A DNA stretch of 64,000 nucleotides from an uncultured Clostridia bacterium. GTDB lineage: Bacteria; Bacillota; Clostridia; Oscillospirales; Ruminococcaceae. The notes under the pieces were generated by a model, which saw nothing but the letters and a program-made list of their open reading frames with translations, searched no databases and had not been told where the DNA came from. Shown in pieces: positions 1 to 8,692 of this stretch; within the stretch, counting starts at the first letter, position 1, and each line of letters opens with the position of its first letter. The DNA is taken from assembly GCA_947307175.1 (NCBI GenBank), contig CAMZIK010000001.1, forward strand, positions 21,220-85,219, given 5' to 3'. The translations under genes and the position numbers were made by a program.

Positions 1-439
1 TGCTTATGTACAGGACGCCTATCTCGCTTTTGAGACTTCCGACGTCCTGTATTATTTTGTGTGTTTCGGTCTCTCTTATCGCAAAATCAAATTCGAGTGT
101 GTCGAACTGCTTTACCGTTTCGATGAATGCGTTGACAGCAAAGGTGTAATGCTGTGTCGAAACACCGAACTTTCGCTTCTTTTCCTTGTCTATGTATTTT
201 TCGCAGACAAGCTCATACTGCCTGAACAGCTGCCCTGCACTCTGTAAAAACTCCTCGCCCTCTGCTGTCGGAACAGCACCCTTGTGCGTGCGCAGGAAGA
301 TCTGTATGCCTATTTCCTTTTCAAGCTCATGAACAGCGTTCGTCAGCGTTGGCTGTGAGATGCCGAGACGTTCGGCTGCCTTGTTCATCGACCCGTATTC
401 CTTTATCATCAGTGCGTAGTTTATCTGTAAAAGTGTCAA
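1..439 (-). CDS. LysR-family regulator (MtaR/MetR-like), truncated by the window edge
   Basis: Not in the ORF track. Manual minus-strand translation from TTG 439 (RBS GGAG upstream) gives MTLLQINYALMIKEYGSMNKAAERLGISQPTLTNAVHELEKEIGIQIFLRTHKG..., a LysR HTH. The later segment STQHYTFAVNAF resembles SAQHYAFVVNAF in the LysR at 31017. Confidence 0.92.
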   Translation of the reverse strand, partial: MTLLQINYALMIKEYGSMNKAAERLGISQPTLTNAVHELEKEIGIQIFLRTHKGAVPTAEGEEFLQSAGQLFRQYELVCEKYIDKEKKRKFGVSTQHYTFAVNAFIETVKQFDTLEFDFAIRETETHKIIQDVGSLKSEIGVLYIS

Positions 440-533
440 GATGTCCACTCCTTTTTCCCGAATTTATCAAAAATGATAGCATGATTTTTCCCTCTTGTCA
501 AGGCTTGGGCAATATGCTTTTTTTATTGCATGA

Positions 534-550
534 TATAGCTTCGTTCTATA
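534..550. promoter_or_regulatory. LysR (MtaR/MetR-type) box TATAG-N7-CTATA
   Basis: TATAGCTTCGTTCTATA is a perfect T-N11-A-type dyad between the divergent lysR and metY-like genes. It resembles the streptococcal MetR/MtaR box. Confidence 0.7.
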
Positions 551-563
551 ACTGAGGCGTTTT

Positions 564-774
564 ATGATAACGATTTCTTATAATCTCACGCTTTGCGCAT
601 CTGAAATATTTCCTATGTTTGAACAAAACCATCGCAAACCTTTTATTATCCGATGTGAGAACGTTATCATCTTTTGCTGATAATACTCCTTGATATGCTG
701 TCTGCTGTGCGGAAACAGCCCTTAAAAGCGGTGGTTTGGCTGCCGTGTGCAAAGGTGCGTGATAACGATGTCAC
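564..774. promoter_or_regulatory. Three LacI-type operators (consensus GTGATAACGTTATCAC)
   Basis: 564-579 ATGATAACGATTTCTT (11/16), 655-670 GTGAGAACGTTATCAT (14/16), 759-774 GTGATAACGATGTCAC (14/16). Confidence 0.8.
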
Positions 775-783
775 GTTTTTTTG

Positions 784-812
784 TTGACCGCAGTGAACTT
801 TTCGGCTAAACT
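784..812 (+). promoter_or_regulatory. sigma70-type promoter of the first sulfur operon
   Basis: TTGACC-17 nt-TAAACT. Confidence 0.7.
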
Positions 813-861
813 GAACACATCGAAAGTCAAACCGAAATCAAAAACCGAAAGGAAGATAATC

Positions 862-2151
862 ATGGCAGAATTAAAATTTGACACCAAAAAGATAAAGGCA
901 GGCTACTCACCACTTGACAACAATCTTGCGATCTCGCCTCCGATCTATCAGACGACAGCCTACGATTTCAAGAACACCGAACACGCACAGAACCTGTTCA
1001 CCTACAAAGAGGCAGGCTACCTTTACACAAGAGTAGGAAACCCGACAGTCACCTATTTCGCAGAAAGAGTCAAGGCGCTCGATGGAGCAAAGAACGCAGT
1101 TGCAGTCGGCTCAGGTATGGCAGCTATCTCCTACACTCTGCTCAACCTCGCAGCCAAAGGCGGCACGATACTTGCTTCACCTTACCTCTACGGCGGAACG
1201 ATAGATGCCTTCGACAGACTGTTCCCTGAGCTTGGTGTGAAGATAAAGCTCACAGATGCAGTGCTTGATCCCGAAAAGCTCGATAAGGAGTTCACCGATG
1301 ACGTCAAGGCAGTATATGTTGAGTCGCTGAGCAATCCAAACGCTTATCTGCTTGATATTGATGCTATCTCAGAGGTCGCTCATAAGCATGGCGTTCCCGT
1401 AGTTGTTGACAACACCCTTGCAACACCTTATCTTTACAGACCTCTCGAGCATGGTGCCGACATCGTTGTATATTCCGCAACAAAGGCACTCACAGGTCAC
1501 GGCAACATCATAGCAGGTCTTATCCTCGACAACGGAGATATGAGCAAGTATACAAAAGAGAAGTATCCGCAGTTCTATGAGCCTATCGTAATGCTCGGCG
1601 GCAAAAGCACCGCAGATATTTTCCCTGACAACTTCTTCATCTTCCGTGCAACTCTTGTTTACCTCAATCTGCTCGGCGCAGCGCTTTCACCGCAGGACGC
1701 ATATCTGGGTATCATAGGTCTTGAAACTCTTTCGGAGCGTGTTGCAAAGCAGAGCGCAAATGCTGCAAAGATAGCAGCTTATCTGGAAAGCTCACCGGCT
1801 GTTGAGTGGGTGCGCCACCCAAGCCTTGCAAGCTACAAATTCAAGGAGCTTGCAGACAAGAACCTGCCAAACGGAGGCGGCGGAGTGCTTGCATTCGGAA
1901 TAAAGGGAACTCCTGAACAGGAAGCAGATTTCATCAATAACATCAAGCTGTTCCACTATCACGTAAATCTCGGCGATGCACGTTCACTGATAGTTGATTC
2001 GCCGAACACCACGCACAGCGAGCTGAGCGAGGATGAACTCAAGCTTGCGGATATTCCGCACAATCTCATCCGCATCTCAGCAGGACTTGAAGATGCAGAC
2101 GACCTTATCGCCGATCTTGAACAGGCTTTCAAGGTCGCAGGGCTGCTTTGA
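862..2151 (+). CDS. O-acetylhomoserine sulfhydrylase-like PLP enzyme (divergent MetY paralog)
   Basis: PPIYQTTAY, YTRVGNPT, VVDNT, YSATK (PLP Lys), NLGDARSL and IRISAGLE motifs. Start is ATG 862 after AGGAAG. Confidence 0.88.
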   Translation: MAELKFDTKKIKAGYSPLDNNLAISPPIYQTTAYDFKNTEHAQNLFTYKEAGYLYTRVGNPTVTYFAERVKALDGAKNAVAVGSGMAAISYTLLNLAAKGGTILASPYLYGGTIDAFDRLFPELGVKIKLTDAVLDPEKLDKEFTDDVKAVYVESLSNPNAYLLDIDAISEVAHKHGVPVVVDNTLATPYLYRPLEHGADIVVYSATKALTGHGNIIAGLILDNGDMSKYTKEKYPQFYEPIVMLGGKSTADIFPDNFFIFRATLVYLNLLGAALSPQDAYLGIIGLETLSERVAKQSANAAKIAAYLESSPAVEWVRHPSLASYKFKELADKNLPNGGGGVLAFGIKGTPEQEADFINNIKLFHYHVNLGDARSLIVDSPNTTHSELSEDELKLADIPHNLIRISAGLEDADDLIADLEQAFKVAGLL

Positions 2152-2185
2152 TGTATATACACTTATTAAAGGGGAGTAGATGAAC

Positions 2186-2725
2186 ATGGCAAAGAATAAG
2201 AATGAAAAAATACTGCTGCTTGTCCTCGCAGGACTTTTTGCAGCAATAATCACAGTATCAACAATGATGATACGCATACCTACCCCGACCAAGGGATATA
2301 TCAACCTCGGAGACTGCTTCGTGAACATCGCAGGCTGGTTGCTCGGACCGATATACGGCGGCACAGCAGCAGGCGTTGGTTCGGCGCTGTCCGACCTGTT
2401 CGCAGGATACACGGTATATGTTATCCCTACGCTTATCATCAAAGGCTTTATGGCAGTTGCAGCCTTTGCAGTCTATAAAGCGCTGAGCAAAAAGCTTCCC
2501 GGCCTCGTTGGCAGGATAGCATCGGCAGTTGTTGCTGAGATCATAATGATAGTCGGCTACGCAGTTTATGAATCGTTCCTTTACGGCTCAGTCACAACAG
2601 CACTCACAGGTGTCGCAGGAAATGTCGTTCAGGGCATCGGCGGCGTTGCATTCGGCGTACTGCTCTATGAAGGCGTTATCGCAAGGATACCTGCCGCAAA
2701 GAACCTTGCAGCAGTAAGAAAGTAA
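2186..2725 (+). CDS. ECF transporter S-component (HmpT/PdxU2/DUF1393-like)
   Basis: About 180 aa, highly hydrophobic, with IPTPTKGYINLGD and SALSDLFAGY motifs. The start was moved to 2186 for RBS spacing. Confidence 0.8.
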   Translation: MAKNKNEKILLLVLAGLFAAIITVSTMMIRIPTPTKGYINLGDCFVNIAGWLLGPIYGGTAAGVGSALSDLFAGYTVYVIPTLIIKGFMAVAAFAVYKALSKKLPGLVGRIASAVVAEIIMIVGYAVYESFLYGSVTTALTGVAGNVVQGIGGVAFGVLLYEGVIARIPAAKNLAAVRK

Positions 2726-2752
2726 AACCATAACGGAGAGGAAAGTATTAAA

Positions 2753-3811
2753 ATGAAAAAGAGGATCAGAGTTTTATCATTTGTTTTATCGGCAGTGCTT
2801 TTAGCCTCCTGCTCAGTCAGCGAGTCAAAGAGCGATTCTTCCAAGTCGGGCGACAGCTCATCGGCAAGCAGCTCAGGCAGCACCGACTATAAGTACGGCA
2901 AGATAGATATTCCCGGCAAGGACGGAGCGCTGTGCGGCGCACCGATCTATATCGCATACGAAAACGGATATTTTGCAGAGGAAGGTTTTGATGTAAACCT
3001 CATCTCTGCGGATTTTGAAACCAGGAAGATAGGTCTTAACAACGGCTCTATCCCGATAGTGAACGGAGACTTTCAGTTTTTCCCATCGATCGAAAACGGC
3101 ATCAACGTAAAGGTCGTTGACGGTCTGCACGAGGGCTGTATCAAATTCGCTGTAAAGCCCGATTCCGACATCAAAACTGTAGAAGACCTCAAAGGCAAGA
3201 AGATAGGCGTTGACGAGATAGGCGGCACACCTCATCAGGTGGCTTCACTGTGGCTCGAAAACGCCGGAATCTCTGCCGATGCATCAAAGGGCGAGGTAAC
3301 GTTCCTGCCTTATTCCGACGGCAACCTTGAATTTGAAGCACTTGAAAAGGGCGAGATAGACGTTGCGGCTCTGTGGGATCCGCTTGGCTCTATCCACGAA
3401 AAAGCAGGCGATGTGAAGATAATCTTCGATCTTGGCACAGACCCGTATTTCAAGGAGCATTTCTGCTGCTTCCTCTATGCGTCTACCAAAGTGCTTGAAG
3501 AAAACCCCGAAGAAGTCGCAGCGCTCCTCAGAGCTTATCGCAAGGCTCAGGAATGGATATACGAAAACCCAGAAAAGTCTGTTGATATAATCGTCAATAA
3601 AAAGTACGCATCTATTGAGGATAAGGATCTTGCAGTAAAGCTTGTAAAGAGCTACGGTTATCCTTCGGCAGACAAGCACAACGAGAACTGGGACAGCAGA
3701 GTAGAAAGCGATGTCAAGTATTTCGTTGACGGTCTTTCAAAGATCGGCTACTTAAAGAGCGACCCTGCTGATTTTGCAAAGAAGATCTATCAGAAAGTTG
3801 ATGTAAAATAA
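2753..3811 (+). CDS. ABC substrate-binding lipoprotein, SsuA/TauA/NitT family
   Basis: Lipobox LLASC, Ser-rich linker, APIYIAYENGYFAEEG and DLKGKKIGV motifs. Confidence 0.88.
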   Translation: MKKRIRVLSFVLSAVLLASCSVSESKSDSSKSGDSSSASSSGSTDYKYGKIDIPGKDGALCGAPIYIAYENGYFAEEGFDVNLISADFETRKIGLNNGSIPIVNGDFQFFPSIENGINVKVVDGLHEGCIKFAVKPDSDIKTVEDLKGKKIGVDEIGGTPHQVASLWLENAGISADASKGEVTFLPYSDGNLEFEALEKGEIDVAALWDPLGSIHEKAGDVKIIFDLGTDPYFKEHFCCFLYASTKVLEENPEEVAALLRAYRKAQEWIYENPEKSVDIIVNKKYASIEDKDLAVKLVKSYGYPSADKHNENWDSRVESDVKYFVDGLSKIGYLKSDPADFAKKIYQKVDVK

Positions 3812-3821
3812 GCCTTTTCGG

Positions 3822-3845
3822 AAGGGCGGCGCAAAAGCCGCCCTT
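3822..3845 (+). terminator. Intra-operon stem-loop (stabiliser or partial terminator) after the SBP gene
   Basis: AAGGGCGGC-GCAAAA-GCCGCCCTT, 9-bp stem. Confidence 0.55.
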
Positions 3846-3869
3846 TGAAATGAAGTTAGGAGAGATACT

Positions 3870-4952
3870 ATGAATGATGCTGCTGCACTTGAGCTGAAAG
3901 CTGTAAAGACAGCCGCTGAAAAAGAAAAGCCTGTCGTGGCATGGGGGTATAAGCATAACGGTTATTTTGCCCTCAAGCTTCTGCTGACCCTGTCGGGCTT
4001 TCTGATCGCAATTATCGTAAATATCACATTCCCTCAGAAAGCTGCTGTTGAGTTTAAGACCTATACGCTCAGCGTTTTCGGTCTCAATATCGACCTTACC
4101 ATAAACGATGCCTACATTTTTGTGCTGTTTGTCCTTATGCTCATCTATGGCGGCGCAGGCATAAGAGCGTTCTTTGTCAGGACAAGAAGAAAGCTGTACT
4201 GCAAGAACGCAGCCTTCCGCTTTGCGATCGGTATAGCTTTTGCCCTGTGGGACATCGGTGGAACGAAAATGCAGTGGTTTGCCCAGCCGTTTTTCCCAGG
4301 TCCTGCGCAGGTCATCGAAGCATACCTTGCCGACGGAGACTATGTTCTGCAAAACACGCTTTATTCTCTGAGACTCTATGCAGCAGGCTTCTCCTGCGGT
4401 GTTATCCTCGGAGTAGGTACGGGCATACTCATCGGCTGGTTCCCGAAAGTCTATTACTGGGTGTTCCCGGTGCTGAAGATAACAGGTGTCGTTCCGGCAG
4501 TTGCATGGATGCCGTTTGCACTTACGCTCCTGCCGAATTCATTCACCGCAGCGGTGTTCCTCATCGTTATCTGTGCGTGGTTCCAGATAGCTTTCCTCAC
4601 AGCGCAGGGTATCCAGTCAACACCAAAGCAGACCTATGAGGCAGCTCGTATACTCGGCAGCGGACAGCTCGGTCTGATAATCCATGTTGCTATACCGCAC
4701 GCTATGCCAAGCATCTTTACGGGCATCAGCTCGGCAAACGCAATGGCGTTCACAACGCTCGTAATGAGCGAGATGCTCGGTCAGCCCGGAGGACTCGGTT
4801 ACTATATCAACCAGTCAAAAGTCTGGAGCGCATACTACAAAGTGCTTGCAGCTATCGTAGTAATGGCAGTGCTTTTCTCGCTGATAAACCACTTTATCGG
4901 CATCATCAAAAAGCGCACTCTCAGGTGGCAGGAGGGAGTTCTGAAAAAATGA
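3870..4952 (+). CDS. ABC permease, SsuC/TauC family, with N-terminal membrane extension
   Basis: Multiple TM segments; EAA loop TYEAARILGSG...IHVAIPHAMPSIFTG. Confidence 0.88.
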   Translation: MNDAAALELKAVKTAAEKEKPVVAWGYKHNGYFALKLLLTLSGFLIAIIVNITFPQKAAVEFKTYTLSVFGLNIDLTINDAYIFVLFVLMLIYGGAGIRAFFVRTRRKLYCKNAAFRFAIGIAFALWDIGGTKMQWFAQPFFPGPAQVIEAYLADGDYVLQNTLYSLRLYAAGFSCGVILGVGTGILIGWFPKVYYWVFPVLKITGVVPAVAWMPFALTLLPNSFTAAVFLIVICAWFQIAFLTAQGIQSTPKQTYEAARILGSGQLGLIIHVAIPHAMPSIFTGISSANAMAFTTLVMSEMLGQPGGLGYYINQSKVWSAYYKVLAAIVVMAVLFSLINHFIGIIKKRTLRWQEGVLKK

Positions 4953-5728
4953 GCAGCAGTATAACCATTTCAGGTGTCAACCGTATATATACCGACACCG
5001 ACGGCAATAAGGTCGAGGCTCTGCACGATGTCGACCTTGAGATAAAGCCGGGGGAGTTCATATCGATAATCGGACCGTCAGGCTGCGGAAAGACAACGCT
5101 CCTGCGCCTTATCGCAGGGCTTGACAAGCCGCAGTCGGGAGAGCTTACGATAGATGACCGCAGGATAAAAGATGTCTCCACTGAGCGAGGCTATGTGTTC
5201 CAGCAGGGAGGTCTTTTCCCTTGGCTCACAGTCGAAAAGAATATCGCCTATGGCTTGAAGGCAAGAGGCGTTTTCAAGCGTGACAGGACAAAGGTAAAGG
5301 ACTATATCGAAATGGTCGGTCTTGAAGGCTTTGAGGGCGCATATCCACATCAGATCTCAGGTGGAATGGCGCAGAGAGTTGCTATCGCAAGGGCACTTAT
5401 CAACGACCCGAAGGCGCTTTTGCTCGATGAACCAATGGGAGCGCTGGATTCGTTCACCAGAGCCGACCTTCAGGATAAAATACTGGAACTGTGGAAGCGT
5501 GAAGGCACGACAATGATCCTTGTCACTCACGACATCGACGAGGCCATCTACCTCAGCGACCGCATAGTCATAATGACACCCAGACCAGGAAAGATCAGCA
5601 GCATCGTAAGTGTTGATCTTCCAAGACCACGCCATAGAGGCGGCACGGAATTTCTTGCACTGAGAAAGTCCATACTTGAATTTTTCGAGCTGGCACAGGC
5701 ACAGCCTCAGCCTGAATATATGATATGA
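4949..5728 (+). CDS. ABC ATPase, SsuB/TauB family
   Basis: Walker A GPSGCGKT, signature ISGGMAQR, Walker B LLLDEP, H-loop LVTHD. Ends PEYMI. ATG 4949 is the likely start. Confidence 0.92.
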   Translation: MSSSITISGVNRIYTDTDGNKVEALHDVDLEIKPGEFISIIGPSGCGKTTLLRLIAGLDKPQSGELTIDDRRIKDVSTERGYVFQQGGLFPWLTVEKNIAYGLKARGVFKRDRTKVKDYIEMVGLEGFEGAYPHQISGGMAQRVAIARALINDPKALLLDEPMGALDSFTRADLQDKILELWKREGTTMILVTHDIDEAIYLSDRIVIMTPRPGKISSIVSVDLPRPRHRGGTEFLALRKSILEFFELAQAQPQPEYMI

Positions 5729-5752
5729 TAGTTTTAAGGAGAGTAAAAGAAT

Positions 5753-6157
5753 ATGAAGAGATTGATTTTAGGTATCGCCGAGGCAATAGCAGCCCTTGTG
5801 CTTACAATAGGAGCGTTTACGTTCTTTAAGGCGTGCGGTGAACACGACGGTAAGTTTATGGCTTGCCACTGGGCACAGAACGCAGTTGTCCTTGTTGGCA
5901 TCGTGCTTACATTCCTTGCACTTGTGCGTATATTTATCCCCGAAGAGAAGATAAAAACAGGACTTGCGATAGGAGTTTTTGCGCTGTCCGTTTCTGTGAT
6001 CTTTATCCCAGGCACAGCGATAAACCTGTGCATGATGGACGATATGGCTTGCCATACGACATTCAAGCCTGCCGTGATAGTTGTTGCAGCTGTGACAGCA
6101 GTGATCGCTCTTGCTGATGTCATCGCAGGATATATAAAGGCAAAGGAATCAAAATGA
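5753..6157 (+). CDS. DUF4418-like small membrane protein with Cys/His motifs
   Basis: About four TM helices with ACGEHDGKFMACH and LCMMDDMACH motifs, upstream of a MacB-type permease/ATPase pair. Confidence 0.7.
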   Translation: MKRLILGIAEAIAALVLTIGAFTFFKACGEHDGKFMACHWAQNAVVLVGIVLTFLALVRIFIPEEKIKTGLAIGVFALSVSVIFIPGTAINLCMMDDMACHTTFKPAVIVVAAVTAVIALADVIAGYIKAKESK

Positions 6158-7356
6158 GCAGAAAAAAGCTGCTTTACCGCAGTATTGCAGGAAGACCGCT
6201 CAGGTCGTTATCCCTGATGTTCATATGTATCATAATGTCGGCGGTCGTATTCGGAGGAGCAGTTGTTTCCGCAAGTCTCAACAACGGGATAAACTGTCTT
6301 GAACAGCGTCTTGGTGCGGATATAATCGTTGTCCCCAAAAGCGCCTCCGAAAAGGTCGAACTTGAAAACATACTGCTTCAGGGTACGCCGGGGTATTTTT
6401 ATATGGACAAGTCTGTTGAGGATAAACTTTCTCAGACCGAGGGCGTAGATAAGCTGTCCGCACAGTATTTCCTTGTTTCCGCAAACGCAGAGTGCTGCAC
6501 CGTTCAGGTGCAGATAATCGGCTTTGATGATGATACTGATTTCTCAGTCAAGCCGTGGCTGAGCGAAGCATACAGCGGAAAGCTCGGACAGAATGAAATA
6601 GTTGTCGGCTCAGGACTCTCAACACGGGTAGGGCATACATTAAAGCTATACGGTGTTGAGTGCAAAACGGTCGGCAAGCTCGAATCAACAGGAACAGGAC
6701 TTGACACAGCGGTCTATACAACGAGCGATACTGTCAGAGGACTGATAAAAGCCGCAGGATCAAAGGGCATCTCCGTGCTTTCAAAGCAAAGCCCCGATGA
6801 TGTTATTTCCTCGGTCTATATAAAGGTCAAGGACGGATATGATATAGACGAGGTCGCTGCGAATATAAATCTCGGAATGGACGGCGTGCAGGCGGTGCGG
6901 ACAAAGTCGATGATAACAGGTACAGCCGATAAGCTGTCGGTCATCTCTTCAAGTGTAACGGTGCTTATCGCAGCAGTCTGGGTGCTGTCTGCAGTCATTA
7001 TGCTGATAGTCTTTGCAGCACTTGTGAATGAACGCAAAAGAGAATTTGCCGTTCTGCGTACAGTCGGCTTTTCAAGGCATCAGCTCGCAGGACAGATAAT
7101 GGCTGAAGCGGTCATCATCTGTTTTGCCGGAGCGATAACGGGAATAGCTGCCGCTGCGGCAGTCGTTTTCCCGTTCAGCAGGCTTATCGAAAGCAAGTCC
7201 GGTCTGCCGTTCCTCTCGCCTGATATACTGTCATCGCTTGGCTATGCTTTGATAGCATTTGTAGCAGTTATCGTGACAGGACCGCTCGCCTCGGTTTATT
7301 GCGCATACAGACTCAGCCGTGTCGATACGGGAAAGATACTCAGAGAAGGTGACTGA
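6154..7356 (+). CDS. FtsX/MacB-type ABC permease
   Basis: One N-terminal TM, extracytoplasmic domain (RLGADIIVVP, AECC), C-terminal ERKREFAVLRTVGF and three TMs. Confidence 0.85.
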   Translation: MSRKKLLYRSIAGRPLRSLSLMFICIIMSAVVFGGAVVSASLNNGINCLEQRLGADIIVVPKSASEKVELENILLQGTPGYFYMDKSVEDKLSQTEGVDKLSAQYFLVSANAECCTVQVQIIGFDDDTDFSVKPWLSEAYSGKLGQNEIVVGSGLSTRVGHTLKLYGVECKTVGKLESTGTGLDTAVYTTSDTVRGLIKAAGSKGISVLSKQSPDDVISSVYIKVKDGYDIDEVAANINLGMDGVQAVRTKSMITGTADKLSVISSSVTVLIAAVWVLSAVIMLIVFAALVNERKREFAVLRTVGFSRHQLAGQIMAEAVIICFAGAITGIAAAAAVVFPFSRLIESKSGLPFLSPDILSSLGYALIAFVAVIVTGPLASVYCAYRLSRVDTGKILREGD

Positions 7357-7360
7357 ATCC

Positions 7361-8041
7361 ATGCTTATTACAGCAAATAACATAACCAAAAGCTTTCGGC
7401 GCAAGGGCAGGGCAAAAAGTTCCGTTCAGATCCTGCAAAGCACAGATGTAAGCATACAAAGCGGTAATGTGTACGTTATCCTTGGACGATCAGGCAGCGG
7501 TAAAAGTACGCTGATAAATATCCTTTCAGGGCTGCTCTTGCCGTCAGGCGGAAGCGTTAAATATAATGATACCGATATTTACAGCCTCACCGACGGCGAG
7601 CTTTCACAGCTGCGCTGCAGGCGTGTAGGCTATATCCCGCAGGGACAGAGCGCAGTTGCAACACTGACCGTGAGGGAAAACGTCCTGCTGCCGTCTGCGG
7701 TCATAGGCGAGGGAAAAAGCTTTGCCAGAGCTGATGAGCTGCTAAAGCAGTTAGGTCTGAGCGAACTTGGTGATGCCAGCCCCACAGAGCTTTCGGGCGG
7801 AGAACTGCGCAGGCTTGCGATAGCAAGAGCGCTGATAAATTCACCCGAAGTTATATTTGCCGATGAGCCGACCAACGACCTTGACGAAGAAAACTCACGC
7901 CTCGTCTTTGAACAGCTGAAAAAAGCAGCCGAAAGCGGCGCAGCTGTTGTCATAGTTACACATGAGCTTTTTGCATACGAGTTTGCCGATACTGTCTACC
8001 GTATGCAAAGCGGAAGTCTGATAAGAGAGAAGGGTCAATAA
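7361..8041 (+). CDS. ABC ATPase (LolD/MacB type)
   Basis: GRSGSGKST, LSGGELRR, FADEPT, VTHE. ATG at 7361. Confidence 0.9.
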   Translation: MLITANNITKSFRRKGRAKSSVQILQSTDVSIQSGNVYVILGRSGSGKSTLINILSGLLLPSGGSVKYNDTDIYSLTDGELSQLRCRRVGYIPQGQSAVATLTVRENVLLPSAVIGEGKSFARADELLKQLGLSELGDASPTELSGGELRRLAIARALINSPEVIFADEPTNDLDEENSRLVFEQLKKAAESGAAVVIVTHELFAYEFADTVYRMQSGSLIREKGQ

Positions 8042-8042
8042 A

Positions 8043-8531
8043 ATGGTAATAAGAAGAGCGAAGATAAGCGATCTTGACGAGATAGCAAGCATAGAAAGCG
8101 TCTGTTTCCCACCCGATCAGGCGGCCGGCAGAAAGGCTTTTGAAGAGCGCCTTTCGACGTTCCCACGCCATTTTCTGCTGATGTGTGACGAGTACGGAAA
8201 GATTGTTTCTTTCATTGACGGCTTCACCACCGATCAGCCCGACCTAACTGATGAGATGTACGCTGTCTCAGAGCTTCACAATGAAAACGGAGCATGGCAG
8301 ATGGTGTTCGGTCTGTGTACGCTTCCTGATTACAGACAGAGAGGTTTTGCTCAAAGACTGCTCAAAGAGTTTATCAGAACGGCAAAGTCCGAGGGCAGAA
8401 AGGGAGTTGTCCTCACCTGCAAGCAGCCGCTTATCAAGTATTATGAAAAGTTCGGCTTTGTCAGCGAAGGCGTCACCGAAAACTCCGTCATCGGTGGAGT
8501 GCAGTGGTATCAGATGCGCAGAGTATTATAA
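8043..8531 (+). CDS. GNAT N-acetyltransferase
   Basis: Motif A LCTLPDYRQRGFAQRLL and YYEKFGF. Confidence 0.85.
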   Translation: MVIRRAKISDLDEIASIESVCFPPDQAAGRKAFEERLSTFPRHFLLMCDEYGKIVSFIDGFTTDQPDLTDEMYAVSELHNENGAWQMVFGLCTLPDYRQRGFAQRLLKEFIRTAKSEGRKGVVLTCKQPLIKYYEKFGFVSEGVTENSVIGGVQWYQMRRVL

Positions 8532-8548
8532 AAAAGAATGACTATTGT

Positions 8549-8589
8549 GACCTTGCCGCAGAGCTTCTTCTGCGTCAAGGTCTTTTTTC
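8549..8589 (+). terminator. Rho-independent terminator
   Basis: GACCTTG-CCGCAGA...TCTGCG-TCAAGGTC followed by TTTTTT. Confidence 0.75.
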
Positions 8590-8616
8590 TGCCCAAGAAA
8601 ATTAACAATTCCGACA

Positions 8617-8645
8617 TTGACAGCATTGAAACGATATGATAGAAT
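8617..8645 (+). promoter_or_regulatory. sigma70 promoter of the lacI-like gene
   Basis: TTGACA-17 nt-TAGAAT with extended TG. Confidence 0.8.
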
Positions 8646-8692
8646 ATCATAGTAATCTGATATGAAAACTATGTTTGGAAGGAGGCAGCATC

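Noticed and set aside
440-861. SAM (S-box) riboswitch or T-box before the met/cys genes (also checked 9767-10086, 24728-24976, 30915-31016)
   Set aside because: No S-box core or T-box consensus found; the regulation looks protein-based.
8635-8651. TATGATAGAATATCATA (and TATGATAATATCATA at 10035) as LacI operators
   Set aside because: Spacing differs from the 16-bp consensus and the dyad largely arises from AT-rich -10 elements. Autoregulation is unsupported.
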